A stretch of DNA of 64,000 nt from NCBI GenBank assembly GCA_950097015.1, contig CATNEN010000034.1:7254001-7318000 (forward strand), given 5' to 3'. Shown piece by piece: positions 23,633 through 37,100 of this stretch; position 1 is the stretch's first letter; each line of letters starts with the position of its first letter. This DNA is from Macrostomum hystrix (lineage: Eukaryota; Animalia; Platyhelminthes). The position numbers and the translations under genes are program-made. Under the pieces are notes generated by a model. It was given only the letters and a program-made list of their open reading frames with translations, was not told the origin of the DNA and did no database searches.

Positions 23633-25805
23633 AGGCCTAAGTATGGCATTACAATTACAAATTAGTTAACAATGATAAAGAAGTTTTGTAGAAACATTGC
23701 TTTTTCTAGCACATAAAGAATATATATCTTCCATATATATGTGATTGTACCATAGATAAGTAGGGCCTATTGGCATGATTCACAAGTAAAATAAAAAGCG
23801 ACTTAAGTTTTACTCTTAGTACTTAGTGAGTCAATTATTTATATACCCATGACTATAGTACGTCTTTTAGGTCTGTAGTATAACTACTGTGTGAAATGTA
23901 TCTTTCTGATAATTTACATTTTATTAGGTAGTCACATATATACAAAGATACCAATGATCTAAAGTGCCTTTACGAATAAGGCCGAAAAAATACATTGTAC
24001 GGAATTCGTTGAACGAATATCTTGTCTAGAAAAAATATTATTGCTCAACAAACAAATTTAAATATTTCCTCACAAATATGATCTGAAAATTTAAAAGGTT
24101 GAATTAGGTTTTAGTTATCTGAGGTAAAAATACGATACTTGCAATCAAATGTTTTAGGTACATATACTGTAAAAACGTTATATATATTGTTTGAGTGCGT
24201 CATAGCAGTTTTTGCGATTCCGTTACAAAGGACAAAGCACAAGTGTGCTCTTCGAAGGACGTTCGATAAGATTTTTTGAATTATTTTCTGATATCTATAA
24301 CTATTTCTATTTTAGTAAACTATCGGCAAATTTGTCAATAAATGAGAACCCACCAAGTTCTCACCAATTTTAATGTATGGCCCAGCTGAATTCTCAAAGC
24401 CTATCAAATGCTCCAAATTGTCATGCGCTAGGTCTAGCTGTTTTGCCAAGAATTCGCCGAGTACATTGAGAATACTTTTGTCATTGAGTTTAAATTGTTC
24501 TTAAATACATAAAAGCTTCTTTATTATATCTATGTATAAATGTGCTAGAATCACAATATATTCTCACACGTATAAATACTCTATTTTTTCGAGTCGTTAT
24601 AAATGGTCGCGACTGAGGATTTCGCAGCTGCTTTTTAGGTTTTTGTATCCTTATTCCACAAGAAAAAACGTTTTAGTTAACAAAAGTGTACATGTAGTAC
24701 ACTTCACTTAGCGACCAAATATTCTAAATGAAGGGAGGGAGAGAATTAGAGAATTAGCCAGTTGTTTTCTTTTTAAAAATGCGGTTCTAAAACACATGTA
24801 CATTTTTGAAGTACTTTTGCATGTACATCTGCTTGCTGAGCAAACAAACGGAGATTATAGCTCTGCAGCTTGCCACACTCGTCAGGCATGGGTACATTCT
24901 TACTGTACATTGGGGCCCTGTAAAGCCCCCACGGATGTAAATTGCACGGCAACGCCTCCAAAGAAAATGTGGCCTAGAATCCTCGGCGCGGATTCGAGCT
25001 CAGGGATGCTGTTTCAAAAGTCGGAAGCGATCTTTCGCAAGATATACACCGCTCCGGCCCCTTGACTAACGTCACTCGACACGTAAGCAAAATAATGAAC
25101 CTGGAATTTCCTGTTCATAAATTAATGTCAAATCCCACGTGAGCGTGTGTTCGCATTGGCCCACTGATAACAGCTCATAAACAATCTGAGCTTGTTCGAG
25201 CTACTCCTTTCTTTCAGCCCTAAAATGCGCTCCTGATTCACTGCAACCAATGCAGTTCGTGATTCCTCAATTCTTCGGGTAAAGGGTATTCCTTCCGGTA
25301 AAGGGTTTGCATTTTTAAGTGAAGCTCCCAATCCCTCTGCCACGGTTGTCACCGTTCTAACGAACTCGGCTGCCTCTGACAGTATCTGTGCGAGTCTATT
25401 GTGATCTAGAAATACACCAGAGCTTGCATCAACCGGAGTAGCGATTTTGTAAGTTTCTCATTTTAGCACCACTTTCAGTGGCTAGTTTTAGGATTTCAAT
25501 GAGAAATCTCTCCCGTCCAATCTCTCTACCGTCTTATCTCTACCATCTCATATCAGCTGTCTCATCTCTACCGTCTCATCTCTACCGTTTCATATCTACT
25601 GCCTCATCTCATCTCTCTATGCATAATATATTGTGCATTGGAAAACTCAAGACGAAAAAATCTGATTTAAATTAAATTTGTGTTTCTTTTTGTACAAATA
25701 CCAAATTCTTAGAATATGACTAGTAGCTATGATACTGTCAATGTGACACTGACTGAAAACATAGATATCCGAGGTCAAGATTTGTGTTAAAGGCTTCTTA
25801 AATCA

Positions 25806-27226
25806 ATGACTTCGCACAGGCCATTGTCTACTGGAGTCACTGGGCAATCGAGTATGACTCCTGGCGCGCTAGTCTTCTGCTTAGTTCTCCTAGCAACAGC
25901 GACTACGCGATCGGCCTATTCAAGCAGCGCCGAAGTCTCTAAAGACGAGTCCACTGGCGAGCTGATAATCTCCGTGGTGTCCAGTCGGCCGGAAACGACC
26001 TTCTCTGGTCGGATTGGTCAAAGAAACAATTTCGGTTACGCTTCTAATTTTCGAATGAATTTCGCTGCCGGAGAAGAGTTCTGCGTCTACATGCCAGTTC
26101 TTGGAATGCGCAACTTTAGCTGCGCTATATTGGTGAGCTGTGCTGCATTCCACACCTTGGGTAGATGGCAGTAGAGACCGTGGATAGATTAGTGTTGACA
26201 ACGGGTATAGATTGCAGTAGAACCCGTAGGCAGATTACAGTAGAGTCCATGGGTAGATTTTAGTAGATGCCGTGGATAGATTACAGTAGAGGCTGTGGGT
26301 AGATTGCAATAGACACCGTTGGTAGATTACAGTACAAACGGTGCATGCAAGTACTATTAATTAGTGGAATTCAATAAAAACGATGGTAGATTCGCAGAGG
26401 AACTTTTATACATAAAAATAAAAACTATTTATAAGAAAGCAGCAAATTTTCAGATTTAATACCAAGTCGAAAGTGATATCAGCAAATATTTATTAATTTG
26501 AATGTTTCTGAAATAAAAAAACATACTGACTGTTGGAGGAGACAACATTTCAGGCTTTAAAATACTGGGACATGGACGCGGAGATTGAGTTGAGCAATTC
26601 GGAGGGCGACATAATTGGAACTAGCAAGCTAGTCGCCGCAGGAAGGAGGCCGCCAGTTGCAGCAGTTCATTTCTATGAAATACCCAGGCCTGGCAAGCAG
26701 ACAACAATCTGTACAATTTTTTAAATACCCACACCTTATGAATCTTAATACCACAGTTGCTATTTTTTCCAGACATCGTTCAACTGTGCGTTCGTAACAC
26801 CGGCTCAACCAAAAATATCGCATTAGTTATGCATTTAACAAATCAGAAGGATCTCATGGAATTCCTGACTTTGCACACAGCGCTGGGCGAGAGTCACAAC
26901 ATTTCTGCCGTGAGTTAAAACTTAAATGATTTTCTAAAAACTGCGATATTTTTGTAACGTCAAAACTCAGCACAACGAAGCTAGGAAACGCTCCATGCAA
27001 CACGCTTCAGGAATCCATCATTCGAATGGACAATCTACTACTCCAGAGCGTCGAGCACTGCAAGGCCTCAATGTCGCTTGTCGTTCAAGACTATTTTCGT
27101 CTATCAAACATTCAAAACTGGGTTGACGGTCGAGGCATTGCAGGCTCGCTGGCAATGCTATTGTGCAGCGGAATGTCGACGCTGGTTATTCGTCGTTGGT
27201 TTGGCTCGCCAAGATCCACTGTTTAA
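25806..27226 (+). CDS. TMED: Divergent p24/TMED (emp24/gp25L) protein, paralogue A; exons 25806(or 25854)-26132, 26554-26692, 26773-26909, 27011-27226
   Basis: Signal peptide, GOLD-like domain (NFAAGEEFCVY...DAEIELSNSEG...QLCVRNTGSTKNI), helical region, TM helix and tail RRWFGSPRSTV. Exons 2-4 (139/137/216 nt) have the same lengths as in paralogue B. Intron 2 has a GC donor. Confidence 0.78.
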
Positions 27227-28255
27227 TGGCTGCAGCTCGGGTGGCAAAGGAACTATGTGAATTCTGAACAATATGGATAAGTGTGGTGTCAGGGTTATAG
27301 GCTCGTGTCTGACACTCCTAAATCAGTTTTTCTTCTCCTTTGTGTTTTTGTAATGAGTGATGTCGAATGAATTTTGCGATAAACGCGGATCCTTTTGCTC
27401 GCAAATGAACGGAAAACTGACTTTTAATAAATTTCAAATAAAATAGTCTTACAATTATTCATAGAAATTAGAGCTACAATTCGCTTAGCAGTAGGAAGAC
27501 CGTGGGGCATTTCAAATATCAACATTCTTCTTTTTCTCAAATCTCCTAAAATATTCAACTCAAGCTAAATTTTCCACTCTATCGGATGAAACAACTTTCA
27601 TAATTACGAAACATTGGCATCATTGAGATATTCAACTCAACGATTCTCGCCGGGGTGTCTGGTGCCGAAAACCACCAATAAAAGCGTAGTTTTTGCTCAC
27701 AAAACTACTCAATAGCTCGTACTCGGGATGGGAAAACGGTCGATTCTTGCAGAAAAATTTGAGTCCGATTTTAAAGTTTCCTTCTGGTCTCAAATTTGGT
27801 CAAAGTAAATCAAAATTGAGTAGTCCCTGATGTAACCATGTCGGCCATTGGTTTTGATCATATTGTATTGATTATATTGTTAACTATTTTGCTATTGAAT
27901 CGTAAAGGGCGGAGAATTTTGATCTACAACGTGGGCTTTCACGAAAATCGGTTATTCAGTTTGGTGGCTAACGTGAAGTAGTCTGGACTTTTAATACCCA
28001 TGGTCTTTCCCCATGGGGAAGTATCGCGTTGTCTCACTACTTTTCTACCATTTAATTTATCTGAAACTCGATGCTGATTAGTTTAAACTGATAAAAAGAG
28101 TCACATACGAGTACAAGTCACAACTAAGTCGATATAAAGTAAAGTAAAAAGATCAATTAGGTCAAAAATGCGACCTACTTTTTAGTAAGAAGTGCTTATT
28201 TACTTATTCACGGTTGAGTGGATTGCACCCAGGTGCGATTGCGACAGTTTAAATC

Positions 28256-29266
28256 TCAGCTATTCGAGTTTTGAGCTCGACAAGTCAGCAAAGCAGTGAG
28301 CAGTTGGGACACTGGCCAATGCACATAATACAGCAAGCCAAACAGTCGCTCTAAAGCTCTTAACTGCCAGCCGGTGTCCGTCTGACGCCGTTCATCTGGC
28401 AGCACAAGGTCGGCGCAGCATCTCAGATAGATCAGCGGTCCGGCCAGAGCAACATAAGCCAGAGACAAGAGACCAAAATTTTTTGCAGCCACGCTGTTAT
28501 TGTCGCTGTCAAACGCTTCATTCTCTTGCTGTCTGCGGTCGCAGAAGGCTAACAGCATCAGCAGGGGCAGAAACGCAACTAAAGGACCGACGAATCCAAC
28601 TACTGCCCTGACAACTTGATAGAATGTCGAAGACGGCAGCTGGGTGATGGTAAATATGCCGGAGTTATCTGAGCTGCCAGGTGGCGTAATTGAGGCCGTT
28701 GTCCAGCTCTGTGGCAGAGTCAGCGCCAAGGATGCACATCCAACTGCGACAGTGGCAGCCGCAAGACCAGCCGGGCGTCGGCTGCCCAACTGCCAGGCCG
28801 GGAGCAGCAGAGCCAAGAGTAGAGTCCAGCCGAAGCCGCAGCAAGCCCAGTCATGAAGAGCAGTTGCTATTGGCAACCGATTGCAACCGACGCCTCCGCC
28901 GCCTTCAACATAGGCAGATGCGTGCAGGAAGCCAGCTGAAAGCGCCACTGTAATGGCGTAAAAAGTCTGGGCGAGCAGCGGAATTCGACAACCTTCGAGT
29001 CGATGCACCGGAATCAGCAGCAGACGGACCAGCTGCCAGAGTGACCACACAATGGTGACACTGAGCAGTGATGGCAGAGAGTAGAAGTAGGCCTCTGTTA
29101 GTGCACCAGACAGTCGCGTCACCATGACGCTGGTGACTTTCGTTGAGATACTCGCTGCATCGACGTCCGCAGAGAGGAAATCTTTATTTGGAAAGTGTCT
29201 GTCGATCAGCACAAGCATTGTGCCGTTCTGGCTGTATACATCACAGTGCAAACAGAAGGTTGCCAT
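28256..29266 (-). CDS. Intronless orphan seven-transmembrane (GPCR-like) protein, 336 aa
   Basis: Seven hydrophobic segments visible, an N-terminal NGT glycosylation sequon, a Cys before TM3 and a Pro in TM5 (FVGPL) and TM6 (LAGPL). No DRY or NPxxY motif. Confidence 0.65.
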   Translation of the reverse strand: MATFCLHCDVYSQNGTMLVLIDRHFPNKDFLSADVDAASISTKVTSVMVTRLSGALTEAYFYSLPSLLSVTIVWSLWQLVRLLLIPVHRLEGCRIPLLAQTFYAITVALSAGFLHASAYVEGGGGVGCNRLPIATALHDWACCGFGWTLLLALLLPAWQLGSRRPAGLAAATVAVGCASLALTLPQSWTTASITPPGSSDNSGIFTITQLPSSTFYQVVRAVVGFVGPLVAFLPLLMLLAFCDRRQQENEAFDSDNNSVAAKNFGLLSLAYVALAGPLIYLRCCADLVLPDERRQTDTGWQLRALERLFGLLYYVHWPVSQLLTALLTCRAQNSNS

Positions 29267-30854
29267 GCTCTTTGTGGTACTTAGTTTAAGCCCCAGAGTA
29301 ATGTTCTGTCGACTGTCTTGCCTCCGATTTTACCACGCAGTGCGATCAAAGTCACAGTCACTGGCCATTAAAGCGGATATTTTAGCTAATCATAGAAGAG
29401 ATCTGCATGCGATAATGACAGGACTAGCAGGAGCATTGGCTATGGAATTGGCTTGTGGATCATTAAACTGTGGGCGATGGGGTCAGGATGCGCGATGAAA
29501 GAGAGTTCCTGACGTCTGCTGATTAATGATCGCCGGTTGAGTTAAACGGGCCGATTATTGTGCAATCGAGTGGAGCAAAGCTTTTTACAGAGGCAGCAGC
29601 GAAAGCAAAAAAAGTTTTTATCGCGGTCTGTTGACACTGCATCCCTGAATGTGTGACTTCATTTTACGCTGCTTTGGCTAAAAGCCAAATGACAATATCA
29701 AGCTGATCTGTCATTCATTTATAATTGGATAATTTCCGATGTCATTACTGAAATCTCTTTAGGCGATTTAGGAGATGCCATTAGGCGAAACTGTGAAGTC
29801 GAAAAGCGCTGCTCAAGGCATGGTTGGTTAATATGAAGCGAGAATATAATTTAGCGGTCAATGTCAGGATTTCACGTAGCTAATACGCATAGACTGAATT
29901 GTCTATGTCCGAAACTGCTGGAAAGAAAATGATTATGCGTGCGCAACTCATGTCAATGTCAAGAAAATGATTTATAGATTGATAGATAGATTGATTGAGT
30001 TGACCTTGCACTGCATACTTTTGAGATATCTAACTTTTTTTCCAGATGTAAACACAGATATAGAATATAGAATACACTAGTATCTGTAGATCTAACAAAC
30101 GTGCTCTGCGATGGCCGTAATGAATTCAATTGATTGGGGGCAACTTACCCTGTAAGGATTTTCGGCAAAATAAAAGGTTTGTTTTACAGCAAAGTTTTTT
30201 TATTCATTCACATTTACACCAAAGGCAAAAAATTGGCCCTTTTTAAAGTGTATCTTACAGTGACACGTCATCGTTTAGATTTTGTTCAACGGATCTTTGA
30301 CTGGAACACATGAGCAGGAAGCAAAGGTTATTACTGCCACTAGGGCAGTTGGTAATAAAATAGCCGATTTGCCTAACAGAGCAAGAGAGAAGCTTCCGTT
30401 TGAAAAAATTTCTTTAGTTTAGTATTAACAAAATTTTGCTTTCATAATGCCCCTCTATATATCTAGCGCGATCTCTCCCCTGAAACAAAATTCGTGTTTA
30501 AAAAGAATTGCTTTCAGAATCGAATCTAAGCACGAGTTTAACATTCTTACTAGCAGGTTAGTACATCGCTTTCATTGAGTGCGAGTTGAGTATCTTGTCA
30601 TTTTTATTTCAAGATTAAAATTTATTTTCACTGTCATTTGCACGCTGACGCTAACCCATAGATTGGATTGGACCATAAACTATTATTCTCCTGCACCATT
30701 AAATACTGAATGAATAAGTACACAATTTTTAGCAAACGATACCGAATCCAGATTGTTGTCTATGGCAAATATGCCTGCAAAATTATAATTTACGTCGGGA
30801 TTAGTGTTAGTGCGTCTCATTCATTAAGGACTTCGAGCTTGGCGACTTTCTTAT

Positions 30855-31348
30855 CCATCTTTGCGACTTTCATATTCGTCCACGTAGACCTTCGGCTACG
30901 TGGTGATAACGTCGGGACTGCACCACCACTCGCAGTAGGCGCGCTGAAGCTGCATGTTCTCAGGTGAGTTGCGTTCCACGGGTAAATCTCTCACCAACTT
31001 GGTAGTGTACAACAGACCGTCGAGATGTCGACTTATGGTAGCGATTGAAACTTCCTGCTTCTCGGGGAAGCGGGCGTGCAGTGCCGTCTTCAACTCGGCC
31101 AGAGTGATGCTCGGGTCCACGGTGATGGCATCCCCAAGAAACGCCTTCATCTCATCGTTCTCTCGGCTAAACGTGTGCTCTCCCCTCGGCAGCTTTGCAG
31201 GTCTCCCAGTATGCACTATCGTGTAGGCCGTCGTGCGCTTGACGCCCAATGTGCGCGCAAGGGCCATGAAGTCATCGCCGTTGGCCTGGGCTTGAATAAG
31301 ACGGTGACGGTCTCGTCTCTGACCCTGACGTAGTTGCGATGGGGCCAT
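30855..31348 (-). mobile_element. Truncated Tc1/IS630-family transposase relic
   Basis: Paired HTH-type N-terminus (LARTLGVKRTTAYTIV; PSITLAELK...VSIATISRHL...YTTK...RNS). After an in-frame TAG the frame continues PKVYVDE (first catalytic Asp region) and then breaks off. Confidence 0.75.
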
Positions 31349-32227
31349 CAGGGCGCTTGAGAAGAGACAGTGAAATTTTAAACAGTCTCTTACAGTAGCA
31401 GAGTAAACAGATCGCAGAATTAGAAAGACTGGGCGCTCATGGACACCAAGGGAGGAGAGGAGGTGGTGGAGAACTAAGCAGGGGAGTCCATATTTTGGCT
31501 ATAGACGTCAGATTTACACACAACCACAAGCTGAAATTGTCAAACATGTCAGCAATCTGTCGGAATTGAACTTATGGAGCTAGCTTTCATGCCATAGACA
31601 GCAAGGCAAAGGAGGGGTAAGCCATCCCCCATGACGGAAATGAATTGACAAGTGTCGAAACGCATACAAGCTTTCTGAACTCTTGCTATGTGTCAGAATA
31701 GACTGCGAGACTGTCGGAATCGGATGAAAACCTAGTAGGGACTGACCATAAACTTTCGGATTTGGATGCAAGTTGAACATAATGGACTGCAGCTGTACCA
31801 AAACTGAGCGAGAAAAGGTATTGATCATACCAATAATATCTATAATAATATCTGATAGCTTTTGTCCTACAAGCATATTTCTGCGATGTACCAAATTGAA
31901 TTGCTCGCACTATTTTCCTTCCTCGTTCTAACTAACCTCATTGCTTGCAGAGAACATGTATGTATAAAAAGAGGGCCTTGGATTGTGGGTAGACAGACAA
32001 CGCCCTAGACGTAGAAGCCTACGTTTTGTCTTTGTGTAGCATTTCCGTATTTATTCTCTTTGTGGTTTTGTCAGATTTTTTCTATCGCTTAAAGATAGAG
32101 TTTTTGTCTGTGGTTGAAACAGTTGAATAAAACAATTTGTAGGTTTAACTTACCTCAATCTTTAACTTTTAATTCTCTATCTTTCTACGCCATACAGAAA
32201 TTTTGAAGCAAAGCCTATAGCTATCCT

Positions 32228-33386
32228 ATGACTGTCCAGTCTTCAGTTGTCATTTTACTAGTCGTCCTGTTGCTGTGCAGCTGTTATCCAGCCAGCTCGA
32301 GCACCTCGGATGTTTTCGAGGACGAGACAACTGGCGAGACGATTGTCACAGTTGTGTCCGGCCGGCCAGAGACCACATTCCAAGGCGGCATCGGAGTCAA
32401 CAGGAACAGGGGATTGGGAATAATGAGTGGAATCAGGTACCAATTTGCCTCGGGCGAACAGTTCTGCATCTACACCCCCGTGCTAGGAACGCAAAACTTT
32501 AGAAGTTTTATTCACGTGAGTTTGGCTTTTTTGTACTTCTTTTGCAGTCAGCGATTCGCAATACTCTGTATTACGTTAGGATTGCCTACTGAATCTCTGA
32601 TGCTTCACATGAGTGTCGCGCTAAATGTTGTTCATCGTGCAGGTTTAAAGATTCTGTCTCGAATGGCAATGTAACAACGTCAGAGCGAACGAATATCTAG
32701 GGTATTATTTCTTCTCTTTGAATGTTTCAGGCCTCCAAATACTGGGACTCCGATGCTGAGTTTGAGATGCACGACTCGGAGGGCGTCCTAATTCAGTCCC
32801 AGAAACTGCAAGCTATAGGAAAGCGAGCGCCGTTTGCTAGATTGGAGTACACTAACATTTCTAGGACCGGTGAGTTACCATTTGATGCATGCAGGCAGAC
32901 TCGAGCAGTTGATTAACCTTTTTTGCATTATAGACGTGTTACAGATATGCATTCGCAACACGGGCTCTACAAAGACTATTTCAATTGCTATTCAACTGGC
33001 CCAGAGGAATGTCCTTGATGAGTACGTCACGCTGTTGTCGAATCTGAGCGCTACTCACAGTATCTCTGTTGTAAGTTTTTTGCAAAAAATTTTCGTTTGA
33101 GAGTTAACGTGTCGTCTTTATATCTGAAGACGCTTAGAACTCAACATAATTCTTACCTTCGCGCACACAGGAAGCCCTCAACCTGGTCGAATCTAAGGTG
33201 GCTAACATGGCGTCTTACACCAAGATCGACAGAGATACCGCTCTTCAGGATTACTACCGGCTTGTTAACATAGCGAACTGGGTACATTATCGAGGCGTTC
33301 TAGGCGCCTTGGCCTTGCTGTTCTGCACTTCTATGTCGACGTTGGTCATTCGGCGGTGGTTTGGCTCTCCGAGGTCGTCAGTTTAG
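32228..33386 (+). CDS. TMED: Divergent p24/TMED protein, paralogue B; exons 32228-32515, 32731-32869, 32934-33070, 33171-33386 (259 aa)
   Basis: Signal peptide MTVQSSVVILLVVLLLCSC, GOLD-like QFASGEQFCIY...QICIRNTGSTKTISI, KIDRDTALQDYYRLVN (similar to the p24 RDR...RVN motif), TM helix and tail RRWFGSPRSSV. All introns are GT-AG and in phase. Confidence 0.8.
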
Positions 33387-33551
33387 TACTTACTGCTACA
33401 AAAGTTACAGGCTCTGAGAATGAGAAGGCTCGAACAGCTTGTTGCAAACTTGCAAATTACGTTTATAACGTGGGATGGAAGCGTCCTTTATTTGAAAACT
33501 AGTCGCCGGCCTATTTAATGACACTAGAACTCCCGTTATGTTATGACGTTA

Positions 33552-33624
33552 GGTCTGGTGGTGTAGTGTTTATCACATCTGTCTCACACACAGAAGGTCC
33601 CCGGTTCGAGCCCGGGCCAGACCA
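33552..33624 (+). tRNA. trnV: tRNA-Val (anticodon CAC)
   Basis: 73 nt: acceptor stem GGTCTGG/CCAGACC, anticodon stem TCTGT/ACAGA around CT-CAC-AC, T-arm CCCGG-TTCGAGC-CCGGG, discriminator A and a downstream TTTT. The D-loop reads GT instead of GG. Confidence 0.9.
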
Positions 33625-34157
33625 CTCGTTTTGAAAAAAATAAAAAGAGTAATAAATCATAAAACTTTTATCGCTTGAAATTTATCCTTTTATAACCATG
33701 CGATTCATTTTTTTCAAGAGCTGACAATATTAAAGACCGAATTCTAAAAAATTGGGTGCCATTAGCATGACGATATTTAAAGAAAAACTTAAGTCCTAAA
33801 AATAAAATTACTTTTGCGTAAATTGATGAGCGAGAGAAATTATTTAGGATAAAGATGACGAGCCTTTACCTAACTGAAGCACTAGTCCGCTTTTATTGGC
33901 GGAGCTCTCATTGGCTAGTGCATAATTTTCATCAGTCGGTTCTTCCATTCCCTTAGTTCTAATTTACATTTGACATATAACAAGTAAAATATCTAGTTGA
34001 CAGTCTCAGTTACACAACAGGTTAGACGTGTCAGGTTAGACCAAAAAAAGTTAGTACAACAAAACAAACTGCCACGATTGATGAAATTTGTGAAAAACTA
34101 TATTTACACAATTTATTTTTATAGTTCTTCTGAACTTTGAGTCAAAACTCGGATAGT

Positions 34158-37100
34158 ATGGCTTCAGCACCATCTTCCGTAAGCAGAAGGCCACCTGTGC
34201 GACAGTACAGCCAGTGAGTGACTTTTAGTGTCTTTTAGTTCTGTGCAGCACAAAGCGGGCCCTGTGACGCTGCACTAGGCGAAAACCGATGCTATCATTC
34301 GGTTTCAATTCACTTACCTGACCAACAGGAACGTGAGCCTTCGTCGGGCTGCCCGTCAAGCGCTGACAACCGACGAGTGCCGCACTTTCAAGGCGGCTCT
34401 GCGAGCCTTCCGGGAAACCAGCACAACCGAGCAGCTGGTTAACGACCTGCAGAAGCTGCTAGACGCACCAAAAAAGCTTGACCTGCTCCGCGAGATTGCC
34501 CTCCTCATACCAGCCGGTCAGCGGCGCGAATTCCTGCGCTTGGCGAAGCGGCGCTTCAAAGGCGCCTCTCTGCTGCTCGACGAAGCATTCATCGCGGCAG
34601 AATTCGAATACCGTTTCGGTCGCGAATGGTACGGTGGAGTCGGGGTCGAAGACAACGACAACAGCGGCGAGGTTGATAGTGACGACAACGGCGATTGGTG
34701 GAGACCGGCCGGACGTCGTCGCGGTACGTCGCTATCGACGTCGTCCTCTTCTACAGCAGCGGCAGCTGAGGCTGCCGTATCCGATGAGGCTGAACAAATC
34801 ATTACACTGGAGCGCAGCGCCACAATACGTCGATTAAACGACGACTCGCCCGCTGGACGCCTCATTAAGCTGGGCTCAGCGACTTTTCAGGTGCTTTTGG
34901 GGACTTTCGTATTCGTAACTTTTAGGTATGGGTGGATTGGCAGATAAATACTGGTGAATAAAGCTTAGTCGATTGCTTTGCTAACTATTAAGTTAATGTT
35001 CCAATCTTAAATTGCGCTCGATCTTATGCTAAACAGACACGTTGCATCCGAAGTGTAGCTTCAATAAAATGGGTTTTCTTGAATTTGGAATTTCGATTCC
35101 CAACTTTAAATAAACATACAGGTCCGCTACAAATCAAGGCTGCCACTTAGTTTGGTGAACGGTGACAGCTTGGAAGACGCTACAGACGTGTCTACCGACT
35201 CAGAAGCGCTGCAACTTCAAAAGCCATCGCCACCCTCGCCGTCGATGCCTCCGCCAGCGCCCCTTCCGAGGGCGCTAAATTATCAAATGCCTAAATTATC
35301 GCGGCTTTCATCCCCATCTTCCTCGGCTTCATCCACCCCAACGGCAACCGCAGAGGCGACTCCGGAGGAAGATCATGAAGAGACCGACAATTTGGAGGAA
35401 GATGACGAAGCCGACCTGGTGGAACAGATGCGGCAGCGCTTTCTGAACAGCAACAGCAGTTTCTGGCACCGACCTGCACGGCAGCCGCCGATACGACAGC
35501 GTGGGCTGGACGAGACGGGCAACGATGCTAGCGTCAGGAACAGGGATGATGATTTGGGGCGTTGCGAGGAGAATAGACGCATCGGTCATCGGCAAGAGCG
35601 CTACCTTCTGAATCAGTCTCCTAAAAGGTATGTTTAATAAAAATCTACTCCAAAATCTGCTCGATATGTGTCAGCCATATTGACTATTAATCGTTGATTG
35701 ACGTCAACCGCAGCTGTCCCACCGGCTTGGCTTCGTTCATTGCAACAAATTCTCAGAGACGCCGGCATCGTCAGCCAGAGGGAGCTAGCCGAGAGTCGTG
35801 TCGACTTGATGGTGGTGAGACTATTTGCTATGCGCATCTGTGCTGCTCGTTTGATTGACAGGGCATGCTAGGCAGCTGAATGAGGAAGGTACAGTTAATT
35901 TGTATTTATTAGCGCAATTTATCACGCTAGTCATTTACCTTTAATATTTTCCTTTAATTTGTGTTGGGAAATTTTTGTCCTTCTAATTGAGAAGAGGGTC
36001 AGAAAAATGTCTATTAGCAAATGTTCTGTGATACTTTTGCCATACAAAACTACAGCTCATTTGAAGTGTATCGCATCAGTACCAACTGATTAAAGAGCTC
36101 ATTTAGATTGACGAGCAATAAACAAATTTGGCGTGAAATGTGGAAAAGACCGAGACATATGAGTGGGATAGGTAATTCCACAATGACTTTAAACAATTGT
36201 TAAACCCACTCAGTCAATGTGTTTTATCCTTCACCGATACGCCTTTAAACAAGGTTTCGATTTGTTCTGAAGAACGGCTGGGCTATAATGCATCATCATC
36301 ATAGCCAATGCACGATTCACTGATTCCTTGATGGGGAAGGACTTTCTCCATTGTCGTTGGACACGAATCTCACAGATAAATCAGATATATGCCACTTATT
36401 TTTCAACAGGCCAATTTATCTCCAGCTTAAGATTTCGGTTTATTGATTTCAAATTTCCGGAATGCTGTCCGATTAAAGACAGGTTTTTTACTATATTCGA
36501 TTCTATTTTTTCTAAAAATACGGCTCGTAGTTTCTGGCTCGATTAAATTCCCCTTTAGTCGCAACACCATCGATAGGACGCAGCCCGACCGATCGAGTAA
36601 GTCAACTGCATCGACGTCTTCTGTACACACCTGAGAGTGGGCCTCAACAGCAACCGAAACCGACGCGCAGTCAGACACACGCAGCTAGGGGGGCATCGGC
36701 CGTTGCCAATGAAGAACCGTCAGCCTCATCGTCAAACACTCTGGACGGTGTGTACTTTTCTAGCCCTGGCCGTCTGCGCAACAGAATCGCAAAACTCAGT
36801 GACGACTTTGAGGCTAGATTTCTGTCATCTGGGCTAGTTGAATCAGTTGAAGATGCTAGAAGCAGCAGCAGCAGGATCAGCACTGTCAGCAGCGGCGGCA
36901 GCTGTGGTCGCAATTTAGAAGTCATCCGACGACAACTAACGAAGTCGAAGTCAAAGGAACAGGGTGTCCAGTGCGACTTTACTGGTATGGTGCCCAAATA
37001 TGTTTTAAACCCTTTATTTCAAATTGCGCTTTAAAACACAAATTCTGAGCGTAAGAATCCAATGGGTTGCACATACTTTCGTTCGCATGTTCAAATAATT

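Noticed and set aside
24773-25420. Short ORFs and splice-like sites upstream of TMED-A
   Set aside because: No consistent reading frame or recognisable domain on either strand.
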